Below the pieces are notes generated by a model. The model saw only the letters and a list, made by a program, of their open reading frames with translations, was not told where the DNA came from and searched no databases. The translations under genes and the position numbers were made by a program. A stretch of DNA of 32,000 bases from Vibrio alginolyticus NBRC 15630 = ATCC 17749 (GTDB lineage: Bacteria > Pseudomonadota > Gammaproteobacteria > Enterobacterales > Vibrionaceae). Location of the stretch: positions 870,001-902,000 of the forward strand of contig NC_022349.1 in NCBI RefSeq assembly GCF_000354175.2. Direction: 5' to 3'. Position 1 is the first letter of the stretch. Every line of letters starts with the position of its first letter. Shown piece by piece: positions 1 to 8,961 of the stretch.

Positions 1-1606
1 CCTTGGGTAAGTACACCGTTATTCTTGTCCCATAATTTTTATTGGGTATCATCTCAACATGGCCGTGATATCGAGTAGCAAGCTGATTGACAAGGTGCAA
101 CCCAACACCTCGATTTTGACGAGATTTCGTTGAAACGCCTTTTGTAAATAATGTTTGTGGATCCATTGTTTTTGGGAGGCCACAACCATGATCTATCACC
201 TCAAGTATCACTTCATTTCCGTAATCGCTAACGGACACATCAATGTTTCTGCGTTCTGACGCAACATTTGATTCATCGCGAATGGAAGTTAACGTGGCAT
301 CGAAAGCGTTATCAATCAAATTACCCAAAATTGTGACAAGGTCTTCCGAATTTAGCCACTCAGGTAGGGGCTCCAGACGACTGCCTTCCTCAACCACCAG
401 TTGTAAGCCTAACTCGCGAGCACGTTCAGTTTTTCCAAGCAACATACCTGCAATTAGCGGGTCCTTAACGGTATCTCTTAAAAACTCAATCATTGCTTGA
501 TAGTGTGCGGTTTCTTGTCCAATTAACCTTTGCACCGCATCAAGCTCACCCATTTGTACTAGCCCACTAATGGTGTTGAGCTTATTGCGATGCTCATGGG
601 TTTGCGAACGTAACAAATCTGCATATTCCTTGGTTTGTGATAGCTGCTCGGTTAGATCATTGATTTCATCCCTTAAACGGAAACTCGATACCGCCCCCAC
701 GATTTTTCCATCAACATAAATTGGAGAGCGATTTGCAATCAGGCGCTTATGATTAAGGAATATTTCAATATCATGATCTTCCTGCCCGCTTTCTAACACT
801 GTATATAGATCGCTATCACGCAGCGTATCAGTCAAAGGTTTATTGAGCGCTGATTCTCTATCAATACCGAGAATCTGGCAGGCACTACGATTTATCGAGC
901 GAAGTATCCCTTGGGCATCAATGCTTAACACGCCCTCTTTGATAGTGCTCATCGTCACTTCTAATTCGCCGTACAACCGCCCTATCTCTTCAGGCTCAAA
1001 GCCTAAAATGGCGCGCTGAAACTTTCTCGACGCATAATTGGATACAACGGCATTAGCGACGACAACTACGATGACCATTAAAATCAAAAAGGCCAAAAAT
1101 GGTTCGATGCGGTCTTGCAGTCGGTCGAGCAAATAGCCAACTGAAACCACACCAATAATGTTCCCTTGCTCGTCAAAAATCGCAGCTTTACCACGAACTG
1201 AATAACCTAACGAGCCCTGTGCCGTCGAAACATAAGACAACCCCTGTTCTAGCGCTCGACGATTGTCGCCACCTCTCATTGGCTTGCCCAACCGCTCATC
1301 AACAGGGTGGATTAAGCGTACTCCCTTATGGTCGCCAATAACGATGAATGCAGCACCTATGGCTTCGGTTAATTCTCTAAAGCGAAGTTGGTATGGCTGG
1401 GGGTTTTGGGTTTCGATCATTTCACGAACAACCGCTGAGTCCGCTAAAAAACGGGCAACACCCAGTGCTTTTTCTCCCATTTCTTGCTCTTGATTGATTT
1501 TGAGATAAGTGAACCCTGCGGCGACAAGCAATAACAGCTCTATCAACCCCGATAGCGTCATGATAATGAGCATCCGCTTACGAAAGCTGATGGTTTTCCA
1601 ACTCAT
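1..1606 (-). CDS. DcuS/CitA-family sensor histidine kinase; the last few C-terminal residues run off the window
   Basis: Absent from the ORF track because it crosses the left edge. Manual reverse-strand translation starts at ATG 1606-1604, with AAGGA 7 nt upstream. It gives MSWKTISFRKRMLIIMTLSGLIELLLLVAAGF (TM1), a periplasmic sensor region ..GDHKGVRLIHPVDERLGKPMRGGD.., the H-box ADLLRSQTHEHRNKL (about 578-622), and the ATPase end ..STKSRQNRGVGLHLVNQLATRYHGHVEMIPNKNYGTRITVYLPK, still open at nt 2. Collinear with E. coli DcuS (543 aa) as I recall it. Confidence 0.85.
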   Translation of the reverse strand, partial: MSWKTISFRKRMLIIMTLSGLIELLLLVAAGFTYLKINQEQEMGEKALGVARFLADSAVVREMIETQNPQPYQLRFRELTEAIGAAFIVIGDHKGVRLIHPVDERLGKPMRGGDNRRALEQGLSYVSTAQGSLGYSVRGKAAIFDEQGNIIGVVSVGYLLDRLQDRIEPFLAFLILMVIVVVVANAVVSNYASRKFQRAILGFEPEEIGRLYGELEVTMSTIKEGVLSIDAQGILRSINRSACQILGIDRESALNKPLTDTLRDSDLYTVLESGQEDHDIEIFLNHKRLIANRSPIYVDGKIVGAVSSFRLRDEINDLTEQLSQTKEYADLLRSQTHEHRNKLNTISGLVQMGELDAVQRLIGQETAHYQAMIEFLRDTVKDPLIAGMLLGKTERARELGLQLVVEEGSRLEPLPEWLNSEDLVTILGNLIDNAFDATLTSIRDESNVASERRNIDVSVSDYGNEVILEVIDHGCGLPKTMDPQTLFTKGVSTKSRQNRGVGLHLVNQLATRYHGHVEMIPNKNYGTRITVYLPK

Positions 1607-2082
1607 TGATACATCCTTGTGATTCACTCTTGAGTGTAACGTTAACACTCAGTTAACAGCATGACGTTGTCGCGGTGATAAATCTGTGAGGAAGACAAGC
1701 AAACCGCAGAGTTTACGGTTAATTAATCGACGAGCTGAAACATAAAATTACAACCATTCACCAAATTTAGCATTCCTCTCTGATACTCAATTCCATACAT
1801 AAATTGCCCTTAAAATCATGATCGTGATCACATCGATTTTAGCGGTTTTTGAGGCGTTTTTAGACTTTACAACGTATAATTTTTAATCAACGAAACCAAT
1901 GAGAGTTTCGGTTTGAAAGCAGTGAAGCTGGAAGTCTATTAAAAGCTCAACATTGATGTCAGTGGTTTGGACACAAATAAAACAAAATACAAATACTGAC
2001 TATATGACAAACACTTAGACACCATCTGAAAACTGGAAAACTATAAACAGAGGTGCATTTATAGTTAGAAGGAACACCAAAC

Positions 2083-2310
2083 ATGGAACGCGATACCTTT
2101 GGAATATGCCTGAATAAGGCGATGCTGTCAGAGAATATGTATTCAACATTTACACACGTCAGGGCTTATGAAAAAAACGGAGGCGGTACTTCTGATCTCA
2201 AAGTCCTGTTATCATTCCCTCAAATGAGCGGAAAAGATCTATTGAATACGATGCGAGGTTCTCGTCAGCTCGAGTGGAGAGCGGAGTTTCACTGTCCATA
2301 TACGAAATAA
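2083..2310 (+). CDS. hypothetical 75-aa protein; doubtful
   Basis: ATG preceded by AAGGAA about 9 nt upstream, and followed by a GC-rich hairpin at 2327-2353. It uses several rare-looking codons (AGG, AGA, CGA, ATA, GGA) and I recognise no family. Confidence 0.2.
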   Translation: MERDTFGICLNKAMLSENMYSTFTHVRAYEKNGGGTSDLKVLLSFPQMSGKDLLNTMRGSRQLEWRAEFHCPYTK

Positions 2311-2326
2311 ATTTGTAACATCTCCC

Positions 2327-2353
2327 GCGCCCAGCACAAATATAACTGGGCGC
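2327..2353 (+). other. GC-rich hairpin GCGCCCAG-(11 nt)-CTGGGCGC, about 90 nt upstream of the tolC-like start
   Basis: Perfect 8-bp inverted repeat read directly. No U-tract follows, so it is not a canonical terminator. It could be a 5'-UTR structure or a weak terminator of the small ORF. Confidence 0.4.
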
Positions 2354-2440
2354 ATACTACTGCCCAATTTTCCCTCCTACTTAACACGCAGTTACGAATC
2401 CTTTATATTAGAGCTAATACTCTACGACAAAGCAGCCATT

Positions 2441-3856
2441 ATGAAAAAAACAGGAAAGTTTTGGATATTGGGCTTACTTAGCAGCTCGATTTCCCTTACC
2501 TGTCATGCGGCACCGATCACTTTTGATACCGCATGGCAGCTATTGCTAGAAAACAACTATTCTCTTAAAGCTCAACGCTCAAACGTCGAGAACTACCAAT
2601 ACCAAGAGAGTGCCACCAGCAATCTCAACTTACCTCAGGTGACTATTGGCGCGAATTACACGCGTTTAGATACCGATATCACGCTGTCGGGAAAACAGAT
2701 CCTAGACAGCACAGGAGCACACATTAACGTACCTCCTGCTTTTCAGCCTATTTTTGGTGCCTTAGCTAATACCACTTCGACCATAACCGAGCGCGATATT
2801 TTCTCTTCGTCTATTCGTGCCATTTGGCCAATTTTTACTGGTGGTCGAATTTCTGCGGCTCAATCAGCAGCAGAAGGCAAAACGGATGAGGCGAAAAGTC
2901 AGCTTCTAATGGAACAACAAGCGCGTTTTGAAGATTTATCGAAGTACTACTTTTCTGTCGTACTGGCAAAGGAAGTACTCGCAACGCGGCAAGCGGTTGA
3001 AGCAGGGCTAAAAAAGCATCGAGATTTTGCCATTAAGCTTGAAGAGCAAGGACAAATCGCGCACGTTGAGCGCCTGCAAGCCGAGGCTTCTTTAGATAAA
3101 GCATCCGTAGAAACACGTAAAGCTGCCAGCGATTTGAGTATCGCTCAGGCTGCATTAGGTAAATTACTCGCACAAGATGACGCCGTAGAGCCCGCTGAAT
3201 CTTTGTTTATCAACGACAGTCTTCCCCCTCTTAGCGCTTTTGTCGATCAAACGTTGCTTACCTATCCGGGGTTAGAACTTCTGAGCGCTAAACACAAACA
3301 AGCCTCTAGCTTAATCAAAGCAGAAAAAGGGAAATACTACCCTGAAGTTTATCTTTACGGCGACTACAGCTTGTATGAAGACGATTCTCTCGCAAGCCAA
3401 ATGAAGCCTGACTGGTTAGTTGGTGTTGGTGTCAGCATTCCACTGATTGAATCATCAGGGCGAAGCGAAAAAGTCAAAGCCGCTCAAAGCGTCGTCTCGC
3501 AGGTCGACTCATTAAAGTCCCAAGCCAAACAAGACTTATCGCTGTTAGTCCAAAAGACATACTTGGAGGCTCAGCAAGCCATTGATGAAGTACAAGGGCT
3601 CGCATCTAGCATTGAACTCGCTAACGAAAACCTGCGCTTGCGTGAAAAAGCATTTACTCAGGGTCTGTCGTCTTCTCTGGATGTTGTGGATGCACAACTT
3701 TATGTCGCGAGTATAGAAACTCAGCGTTCAGCGGCGCGTTTCCGCTATTTAATATCTTTAACCAAGCTACTCGCATTGAGCAGTGAAATGAACAGCTTCG
3801 AACAATATCAAAATACCGCTTATATCCCTGCTTCAACATCCAAAGAGGTGAAATAA
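2441..3856 (+). CDS. TolC-family outer-membrane efflux protein
   Basis: 471 aa. Signal peptide MKKTGKFWILGLLSSSISLTCHA/AP. Two repeats of the long-helix/beta pattern typical of the OMF family. First gene of a tightly packed operon, with a 3-nt gap to the next gene. Confidence 0.85.
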   Translation: MKKTGKFWILGLLSSSISLTCHAAPITFDTAWQLLLENNYSLKAQRSNVENYQYQESATSNLNLPQVTIGANYTRLDTDITLSGKQILDSTGAHINVPPAFQPIFGALANTTSTITERDIFSSSIRAIWPIFTGGRISAAQSAAEGKTDEAKSQLLMEQQARFEDLSKYYFSVVLAKEVLATRQAVEAGLKKHRDFAIKLEEQGQIAHVERLQAEASLDKASVETRKAASDLSIAQAALGKLLAQDDAVEPAESLFINDSLPPLSAFVDQTLLTYPGLELLSAKHKQASSLIKAEKGKYYPEVYLYGDYSLYEDDSLASQMKPDWLVGVGVSIPLIESSGRSEKVKAAQSVVSQVDSLKSQAKQDLSLLVQKTYLEAQQAIDEVQGLASSIELANENLRLREKAFTQGLSSSLDVVDAQLYVASIETQRSAARFRYLISLTKLLALSSEMNSFEQYQNTAYIPASTSKEVK

Positions 3857-3859
3857 ATC

Positions 3860-4840
3860 ATGGCAGCTAAATCACTAAAACCCGTTTTACTCTCACTTTG
3901 TGCTTTGGGTGTTGCCTCTTGGGTTGGGTATCAATTTTACCAAGCCTATCAACCGGAACCGATCCGCTTACAGGGATTAATTGAAGCCCAGCAATACAGC
4001 ATTTCCTCAAAAGTCCCAGGGCGTATTGATGAGGTAATGGTACGTAAAGGCGACGATGTAGAGAAAGGTCAGCTTATTTTTACCCTTCATAGTCCTGAAA
4101 TTGAAGCGAAGTTAGAACAAGCAAAAGCAGGTGAAAAAGCGGCGGACGCCTTAGCTCAAGAAGCTGAGAAAGGCGCACGTGAGCAACAAATCCAAGCAGC
4201 AAAAGATCAGTGGATGAAAGCCAAAGCCGCTGCGAATTTAATGGAAAAAACCTACAATCGTGTAAATAACCTTTATAACGATGGCGTGGTTGCAGAACAA
4301 AAACGCGATGAAGCTTTAACTCAATGGCAAGCAGCGAAATACACAGAAAGTGCCGCGTTTCAAATGTACGAAATGGCAAAAGAAGGCGCTAGAAGTGAAA
4401 CCAAAGTGGCTGCGGCGGAAAAAGCGCGCATGGCATCAGGTGCCGTAGCCGAAGTAGAAGCGTACGCGAAAGATACTCAGATCTACAGCTGGTTCGACGG
4501 CGAAGTCTCTCAAGTTCTACTTCAAAGTGGTGAATTAGCACCTCAGGGCTTCCCGGTTGTTACTGTGATAGATACAGAAGATGCCTGGGCGACACTTAAT
4601 GTGCGTGAAGATTACCTTCAACACTTTAAAAAAGGAGCAACCTTTGATGCCTATTTGCCTGCCTTAAACAAAAATGTTGAGTTCAAAGTAACGCATGTTG
4701 CCGTTATGGGTGACTTTGCAACGTGGAGAGCAACCGATGCTTCTCAAGGTTTTGATCTTCGTACCTTTGAAGTAGAAGCTCGTCCAGCTCAACCCGAACC
4801 TGAACTGCGTATGGGAATGAGTGTTGTCGTTGAACTTTAA
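3860..4840 (+). CDS. HlyD-family periplasmic adaptor (YbhG/YhiI-like membrane fusion protein)
   Basis: 326 aa. N-terminal TM anchor, lipoyl-like motif SKVPGRIDEVMVRKGDDVEKGQLIF, a long Ala/Gln/Lys coiled-coil hairpin and a C-terminal beta-barrel. AGAGGTG Shine-Dalgarno sequence. Confidence 0.85.
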   Translation: MAAKSLKPVLLSLCALGVASWVGYQFYQAYQPEPIRLQGLIEAQQYSISSKVPGRIDEVMVRKGDDVEKGQLIFTLHSPEIEAKLEQAKAGEKAADALAQEAEKGAREQQIQAAKDQWMKAKAAANLMEKTYNRVNNLYNDGVVAEQKRDEALTQWQAAKYTESAAFQMYEMAKEGARSETKVAAAEKARMASGAVAEVEAYAKDTQIYSWFDGEVSQVLLQSGELAPQGFPVVTVIDTEDAWATLNVREDYLQHFKKGATFDAYLPALNKNVEFKVTHVAVMGDFATWRATDASQGFDLRTFEVEARPAQPEPELRMGMSVVVEL

Positions 4841-4862
4841 TCACAACCACTAGGTTAATGCT

Positions 4863-6029
4863 ATGACGATTAAGATTTCACAGCGGCATATCTTACGACG
4901 AGACAAGTGGTTGCTTTCGTGCCTTACTTGGATACCGATTTTGCTCGCGATGATGATTTGGGGAGTGTTCTCTGCGGGCATTGCCCGGGATCTGCCAATC
5001 GGTGTGGTTGATCTACAACATTCCCAACTTTCTCGAAAGCTCATTCAATCTTTGGATGCGTCGTCGAGTCTGGCTGTTAACTATCACTACACCAGTGCAA
5101 GCGAAGCAAAAAATGCGATGATTGAAGGCGATATCTACGCTTACGCGGTCATCCCATCTAAGTTCGACCAAGACATTCTCCAGCACCGCCAACCTCAACT
5201 TTCTGTCTTTTACAACAGTCAGTACATTTTGGTAGCGAAACTGATCAACTCTGCTGTTGCGCAAGCACAAGGCTATTTCGACGCTCAGGTTGAAGTAATG
5301 GGCAACTTGGCTAAGGGTAACACCACAACGTTAGCAGCGGCTGGACAGGCTGTACCCGTGTCAACACAAATAACCGCATTATTTAACCGTAACAATAACT
5401 ACGCACAATTTTTGGTAACGGCTATCGTGCCAGCCATTTGGCAAATATGTATTGTAGTAAGCACTATTTTGATTCTTGCCGCGCACTTTCGCATTTATGG
5501 TGGAAAGAATGGCTTTGCATTTTTGGGCGAAAAGCCATACGCCAGGCTCACTACCTTATTAAGTCGGTACATTCCGGTCTTTATGGCGCAAGGTGCGTTG
5601 TTCTTGTACTGGTTTTATTCCGTGCTTGATTGGCCAATGGAAGGCAGTTTTGTGGTTATGCTATTAGCACAATTGGCGACGGTTATCGCCTGTATCATTA
5701 TGGGAGCGTTGTTCTTCTTCTTGTCGATGGATCCTGCACGTGCGATGAGTTTTGCTGGCGCATTTACGGCTCCAAGCTTCGCGTTCATGGGAATTACATT
5801 CCCAGTTTCTGACATGAACACGCTCGCTTATGCATGGCGTTCATTATTGCCGATTACCCATTACATTGAAGTACAAGTGAGTCAAGCAAGCTATGGAGCA
5901 TCGGCCGCGCAATCTTTAAGCTCGCTATGGCCTATGATTGGTTACGTTATGCCTCTGCTCATTACCGCAGCCTTGATGGGTAAACATCGAACAGCTTCAT
6001 CAACACGCCAAGCGAAGGAGGCGGTATGA
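4863..6029 (+). CDS. ABC-2-type transporter permease (YbhS/YbhR/YhhJ-like)
   Basis: 388 aa. One N-terminal TM, a soluble loop of about 150 aa, then about five clustered TMs. This is the typical ABC-2 permease topology. No Walker motifs. Confidence 0.8.
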   Translation: MTIKISQRHILRRDKWLLSCLTWIPILLAMMIWGVFSAGIARDLPIGVVDLQHSQLSRKLIQSLDASSSLAVNYHYTSASEAKNAMIEGDIYAYAVIPSKFDQDILQHRQPQLSVFYNSQYILVAKLINSAVAQAQGYFDAQVEVMGNLAKGNTTTLAAAGQAVPVSTQITALFNRNNNYAQFLVTAIVPAIWQICIVVSTILILAAHFRIYGGKNGFAFLGEKPYARLTTLLSRYIPVFMAQGALFLYWFYSVLDWPMEGSFVVMLLAQLATVIACIIMGALFFFLSMDPARAMSFAGAFTAPSFAFMGITFPVSDMNTLAYAWRSLLPITHYIEVQVSQASYGASAAQSLSSLWPMIGYVMPLLITAALMGKHRTASSTRQAKEAV

Positions 6030-7177
6030 CATTGTGGCAACTGATTAAAGCGGAATTTAAGGCCGTTCTAACCAATCCAGTCGTTACGTTGACCGTGTTT
6101 GGTGGTGTCGTATTTTACTCGTTTTTATACCCTTTGCCTTATGCACAACAAACGCCTCGTGAACAAACAATCGCGATTGTTAATCTAGATGGTAGTCAGA
6201 CGAGTTTAAAGCTGGAACGTATGGTTGATGCCACCCCACAAGTCAACGTAGTCACTCGACTTCATACGATTGCCGATGCAAAGCAAGCATTTTTACAACG
6301 AGAGATCACCGGTTTTTTAGTCATACCAGAACACTTTTACAAAGACCTAATGCTAGGTAAAAGCCCGACTCTGGCCTACGCTGCGGACGCCTCGTATTTT
6401 CTCGTGTACGGAACCGTGGTAGAAGGATTGGCCCAAGCGGGAGGCACATTAGGGGCCCAAGTGAAAGTCAGTAAAATGGTGATAGATGGTGTGCCCATGA
6501 GTATGGCTAGCCATAATTACTCTGCTATTAAGCTTAATATGAAACCGACGTTCAACCCAACCATGGGTTACATCGAATACGTAGTGCCGGCAGTATTTGT
6601 TCTGATTTTACAACAAACGTTGATCATGGCGGTTGGATTGCAAACGGGAACACAGCGTCATGGTCGTGGCTATTGGTCACAAGTATCAACGGGATCGCTG
6701 CTGCTTGCGAGAACGTTAGTATTTGTGGCAATTTATTATTTACTCGGCGCCTATTATTTTGGTTTTAGCTTCGAACGCTTAAACGTAAACCATATCGCCA
6801 ATGCGGGCGAATTGCTGGCTATGTTGTTCCCGTTCTTTTTAGGTTGTTGCGGACTAGGCTTCTGGCTAGGTTACTTATTACCTCGGCGTGAACTTGTCAC
6901 CTTAGTCGTCTTAGTGAGCTCTATGCCGCTCATTTTCTTGGCTGGTTTTATTTGGCCGATTGAAGCCATACCTACTCCCTTACTATGGATTGCTGATTTA
7001 AGCCCAAGCACTTGGGCGATCAAAGCTTTCTTAGCGCTAAACCAAATGGGGGCAACCTGGCAACAAGTCGCTCTACATTGGACGGCACTTTGGTCACTCA
7101 CTGTGCTTTGGGGTAGCGTTGCGTACTGGATTGCTAAGCGAAGTAACAAGCCAGTTGTAACAGAGAGCTTGGGGTGA
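6026..7177 (+). CDS. ABC-2-type transporter permease, paralogous partner
   Basis: 383 aa with the same topology as the upstream gene. ATGA start/stop overlap at 6026-6029, preceded by an AAGGAGG Shine-Dalgarno sequence. No Walker motifs. Confidence 0.8.
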   Translation: MTLWQLIKAEFKAVLTNPVVTLTVFGGVVFYSFLYPLPYAQQTPREQTIAIVNLDGSQTSLKLERMVDATPQVNVVTRLHTIADAKQAFLQREITGFLVIPEHFYKDLMLGKSPTLAYAADASYFLVYGTVVEGLAQAGGTLGAQVKVSKMVIDGVPMSMASHNYSAIKLNMKPTFNPTMGYIEYVVPAVFVLILQQTLIMAVGLQTGTQRHGRGYWSQVSTGSLLLARTLVFVAIYYLLGAYYFGFSFERLNVNHIANAGELLAMLFPFFLGCCGLGFWLGYLLPRRELVTLVVLVSSMPLIFLAGFIWPIEAIPTPLLWIADLSPSTWAIKAFLALNQMGATWQQVALHWTALWSLTVLWGSVAYWIAKRSNKPVVTESLG

Positions 7178-7200
7178 CAGCTGACATTTTCTATTACTAT

Positions 7201-7227
7201 AAAAAAAGCCGGGTAACTAAACCCGGC
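7201..7227 (-). terminator. intrinsic terminator functional in the minus direction (GCCGGGT-loop-ACCCGGC, then U7 on the minus strand)
   Basis: 7-bp GC stem at 7208-7214/7221-7227. A7 at 7201-7207 becomes a U-run only for a minus-strand transcript. On the plus strand it is followed by tgaaaatc, which is weak. Confidence 0.5.
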
Positions 7228-7401
7228 TGAAAATCTGCGTCCTTGCAGCGGACATATGGTAAAAACACTTTTTGCTCTGGGCTTACCCATTGAGCGAGAT
7301 TAGATTAAGCCCAAAAGTATGGATTCCATACTCTCATATAGAGGGTCATATCCTTCCAATAGACATTAGTCTTCGCTAGAAAGATAACGTTTTTCAGACA
7401 C

Positions 7402-7431
7402 AAAAAAAACAAGACTCACATTGAGTCTTGT
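7402..7431 (-). terminator. intrinsic terminator of the LysR gene
   Basis: Stem ACAAGACTCA/TGAGTCTTGT (7409-7418/7422-7431), followed on the minus strand by U8 (7402-7409). It begins about 34 nt after the LysR stop. Confidence 0.8.
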
Positions 7432-7464
7432 TGTTGATAGGGATGAGCAAGATACATGTCGCCG

Positions 7465-8373
7465 CTAAGTCATATCGCGGATTATTTTCTCTCGGTATTC
7501 TGTAACGACCTTCATGATTGAATTTTTTACATCACCGACTTGCTTAGAGGGTTGGCACCATAGGCCAAAACCAAACTTAAAACCTTCCAATAATTCAGAA
7601 GCTTCCACTGGCTCTATATGATTATTAGAAAACTCCGAATGGGCAAACGTTCTGGGGAGAATCGCCCATCCTAAACCTGCTTCAACCATTTTCACTACAA
7701 GGGCCAATTGGTCGACCTCTTCATGGTTCGAACTTACGATGACTTTTTCGCCCATTCCCTCTTCAATAAGAGAACGCAGTACAAATTGTTTACTATTCCT
7801 CAAGGCTGTCAATACTCGATCTGGTGCCACAGAAGCGAGTTCACCACCTTTCTGGACGAAAGGAACAAATTCAAAATGACCTAAAAACGTCGCATCCAGA
7901 CTATGTATAGCTCGACTATCATGCACATTGACAATACCGAATTGATACTCACCATTCTGTAAACCCTCTTTAATTTCGTTGCGATTACGAACAAGAAAGT
8001 TAACTCGCATCATCGGAAAATCTGCTGCTAATTGAATACGAAGCAATACAAGAAAACGGTGTGGTATAGCGCTTGAATAGGCGATACTAACATTCTCTAA
8101 CCCACCGTAAGCTAGACTTAATGCGACTTTATCGAAAGTACGTGCTTGTTCGATGGTTTGCTTAGCATAGTGGTAAAGAAGATGACCATCTTCTGTCGGT
8201 TCTACCGAGCGCCCCACTCGCTCAAACAGGTTGACCGCCAGTTGATCTTCAAGATTGGTAATCACCTGCCCTATTGTGGTTCGGTGCTTATTGAGTTTGA
8301 CCGCCGCCTTACTAAACGAAAGCTGTTCATAAACGGTTACGAACGCGAGAAGTTGTTCAAAACTAAAATTCAT
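7465..8373 (-). CDS. LysR-family transcriptional regulator
   Basis: 302 aa. N-terminal wHTH motif MNFSFEQLLAFVTVYEQLSFSKAAVKLNKHRTTIGQVITNLEDQLAVNLFERVGR, followed by a LysR substrate-binding-type C-terminal region. Confidence 0.9.
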   Translation of the reverse strand: MNFSFEQLLAFVTVYEQLSFSKAAVKLNKHRTTIGQVITNLEDQLAVNLFERVGRSVEPTEDGHLLYHYAKQTIEQARTFDKVALSLAYGGLENVSIAYSSAIPHRFLVLLRIQLAADFPMMRVNFLVRNRNEIKEGLQNGEYQFGIVNVHDSRAIHSLDATFLGHFEFVPFVQKGGELASVAPDRVLTALRNSKQFVLRSLIEEGMGEKVIVSSNHEEVDQLALVVKMVEAGLGWAILPRTFAHSEFSNNHIEPVEASELLEGFKFGFGLWCQPSKQVGDVKNSIMKVVTEYREKIIRDMT

Positions 8374-8479
8374 AGGTTGTGCTTACTTTTTAGAGTTATC
8401 TAATTAAATTACCACAAGATCGTAGAATTGCTACTTGGTAACGGAAACAATCTGCGTTTGAATTCCTTCTCGACGACAC

Positions 8480-8508
8480 AAAAAAACCTACTAGCTTCAG
8501 TAGGTTTT
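8480..8508 (-). terminator. intrinsic terminator after the 142-aa secreted-protein gene
   Basis: Stem AACCTACT/AGTAGGTT (8485-8492/8499-8506). Flanked by A7 on the plus strand, which is U7 on the minus strand, and by TTTT on the other side. Confidence 0.8.
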
Positions 8509-8515
8509 CTCTCAC

Positions 8516-8944
8516 TTAGTTGTACTCAACGACACGAGCTAAATAGTTGAATTCTCCTGAGTCACCATAGTAATCACGGTAGACATCGACACTGAAATAT
8601 TTAGGTTGATCAGCGTAAATGTGGTCAACGACTTTTTGCTCAAGTGACTCCAACGTTTCACCGACCTGAGAGTACACGAACTGCTTGTTCACTTTTTCCA
8701 ATTTACGTTGTTTCGCTTCTCTGTGTGACACATAGTTGTTGATCTCTTCCCACTTTCCCACGAACTCGACCGCCACGTAACTCGAGTTCTCGTCAATCAT
8801 AATAAAGGCTGCACCTTCTTCTTTGATTGCAGACAGTTGCTGCATATCACTATCCACTTTTTGCTGGTCAAGATGGGCTCCACTTTGGGCGAATGCAGTC
8901 GCGGAAGCGGTAAGCATCATGAGTGTAAGAACGGCTTTTTTCAT
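8516..8944 (-). CDS. secreted/periplasmic protein of unknown function (142 aa)
   Basis: Sec signal MKKAVLTLMMLTASATAFA/QS. AGGAAA Shine-Dalgarno sequence. The start lies only 17 nt after the patatin stop, so co-transcription is likely. I recognise no family. Confidence 0.7.
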   Translation of the reverse strand: MKKAVLTLMMLTASATAFAQSGAHLDQQKVDSDMQQLSAIKEEGAAFIMIDENSSYVAVEFVGKWEEINNYVSHREAKQRKLEKVNKQFVYSQVGETLESLEQKVVDHIYADQPKYFSVDVYRDYYGDSGEFNYLARVVEYN

Positions 8945-8961
8945 TGTATCGTTTTCCTGTA

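Noticed and set aside
243-1493. Plus-strand ORFs 243-500 and 1263-1493
   Set aside because: Both lie antisense inside the continuous sensor-kinase reading frame.
6871-7290. 139-aa minus-strand ORF
   Set aside because: It is antisense to the 3' end of the ABC-2 permease gene and reads straight through the 7208-7227 terminator hairpin. It shows no family resemblance.
7317-7331. GTATGGA-t-TCCATAC as a sixth copy of the palindromic repeat family
   Set aside because: Only the central stem is vaguely similar, and the flanks lack the CAAAnGCGATTAT arms.
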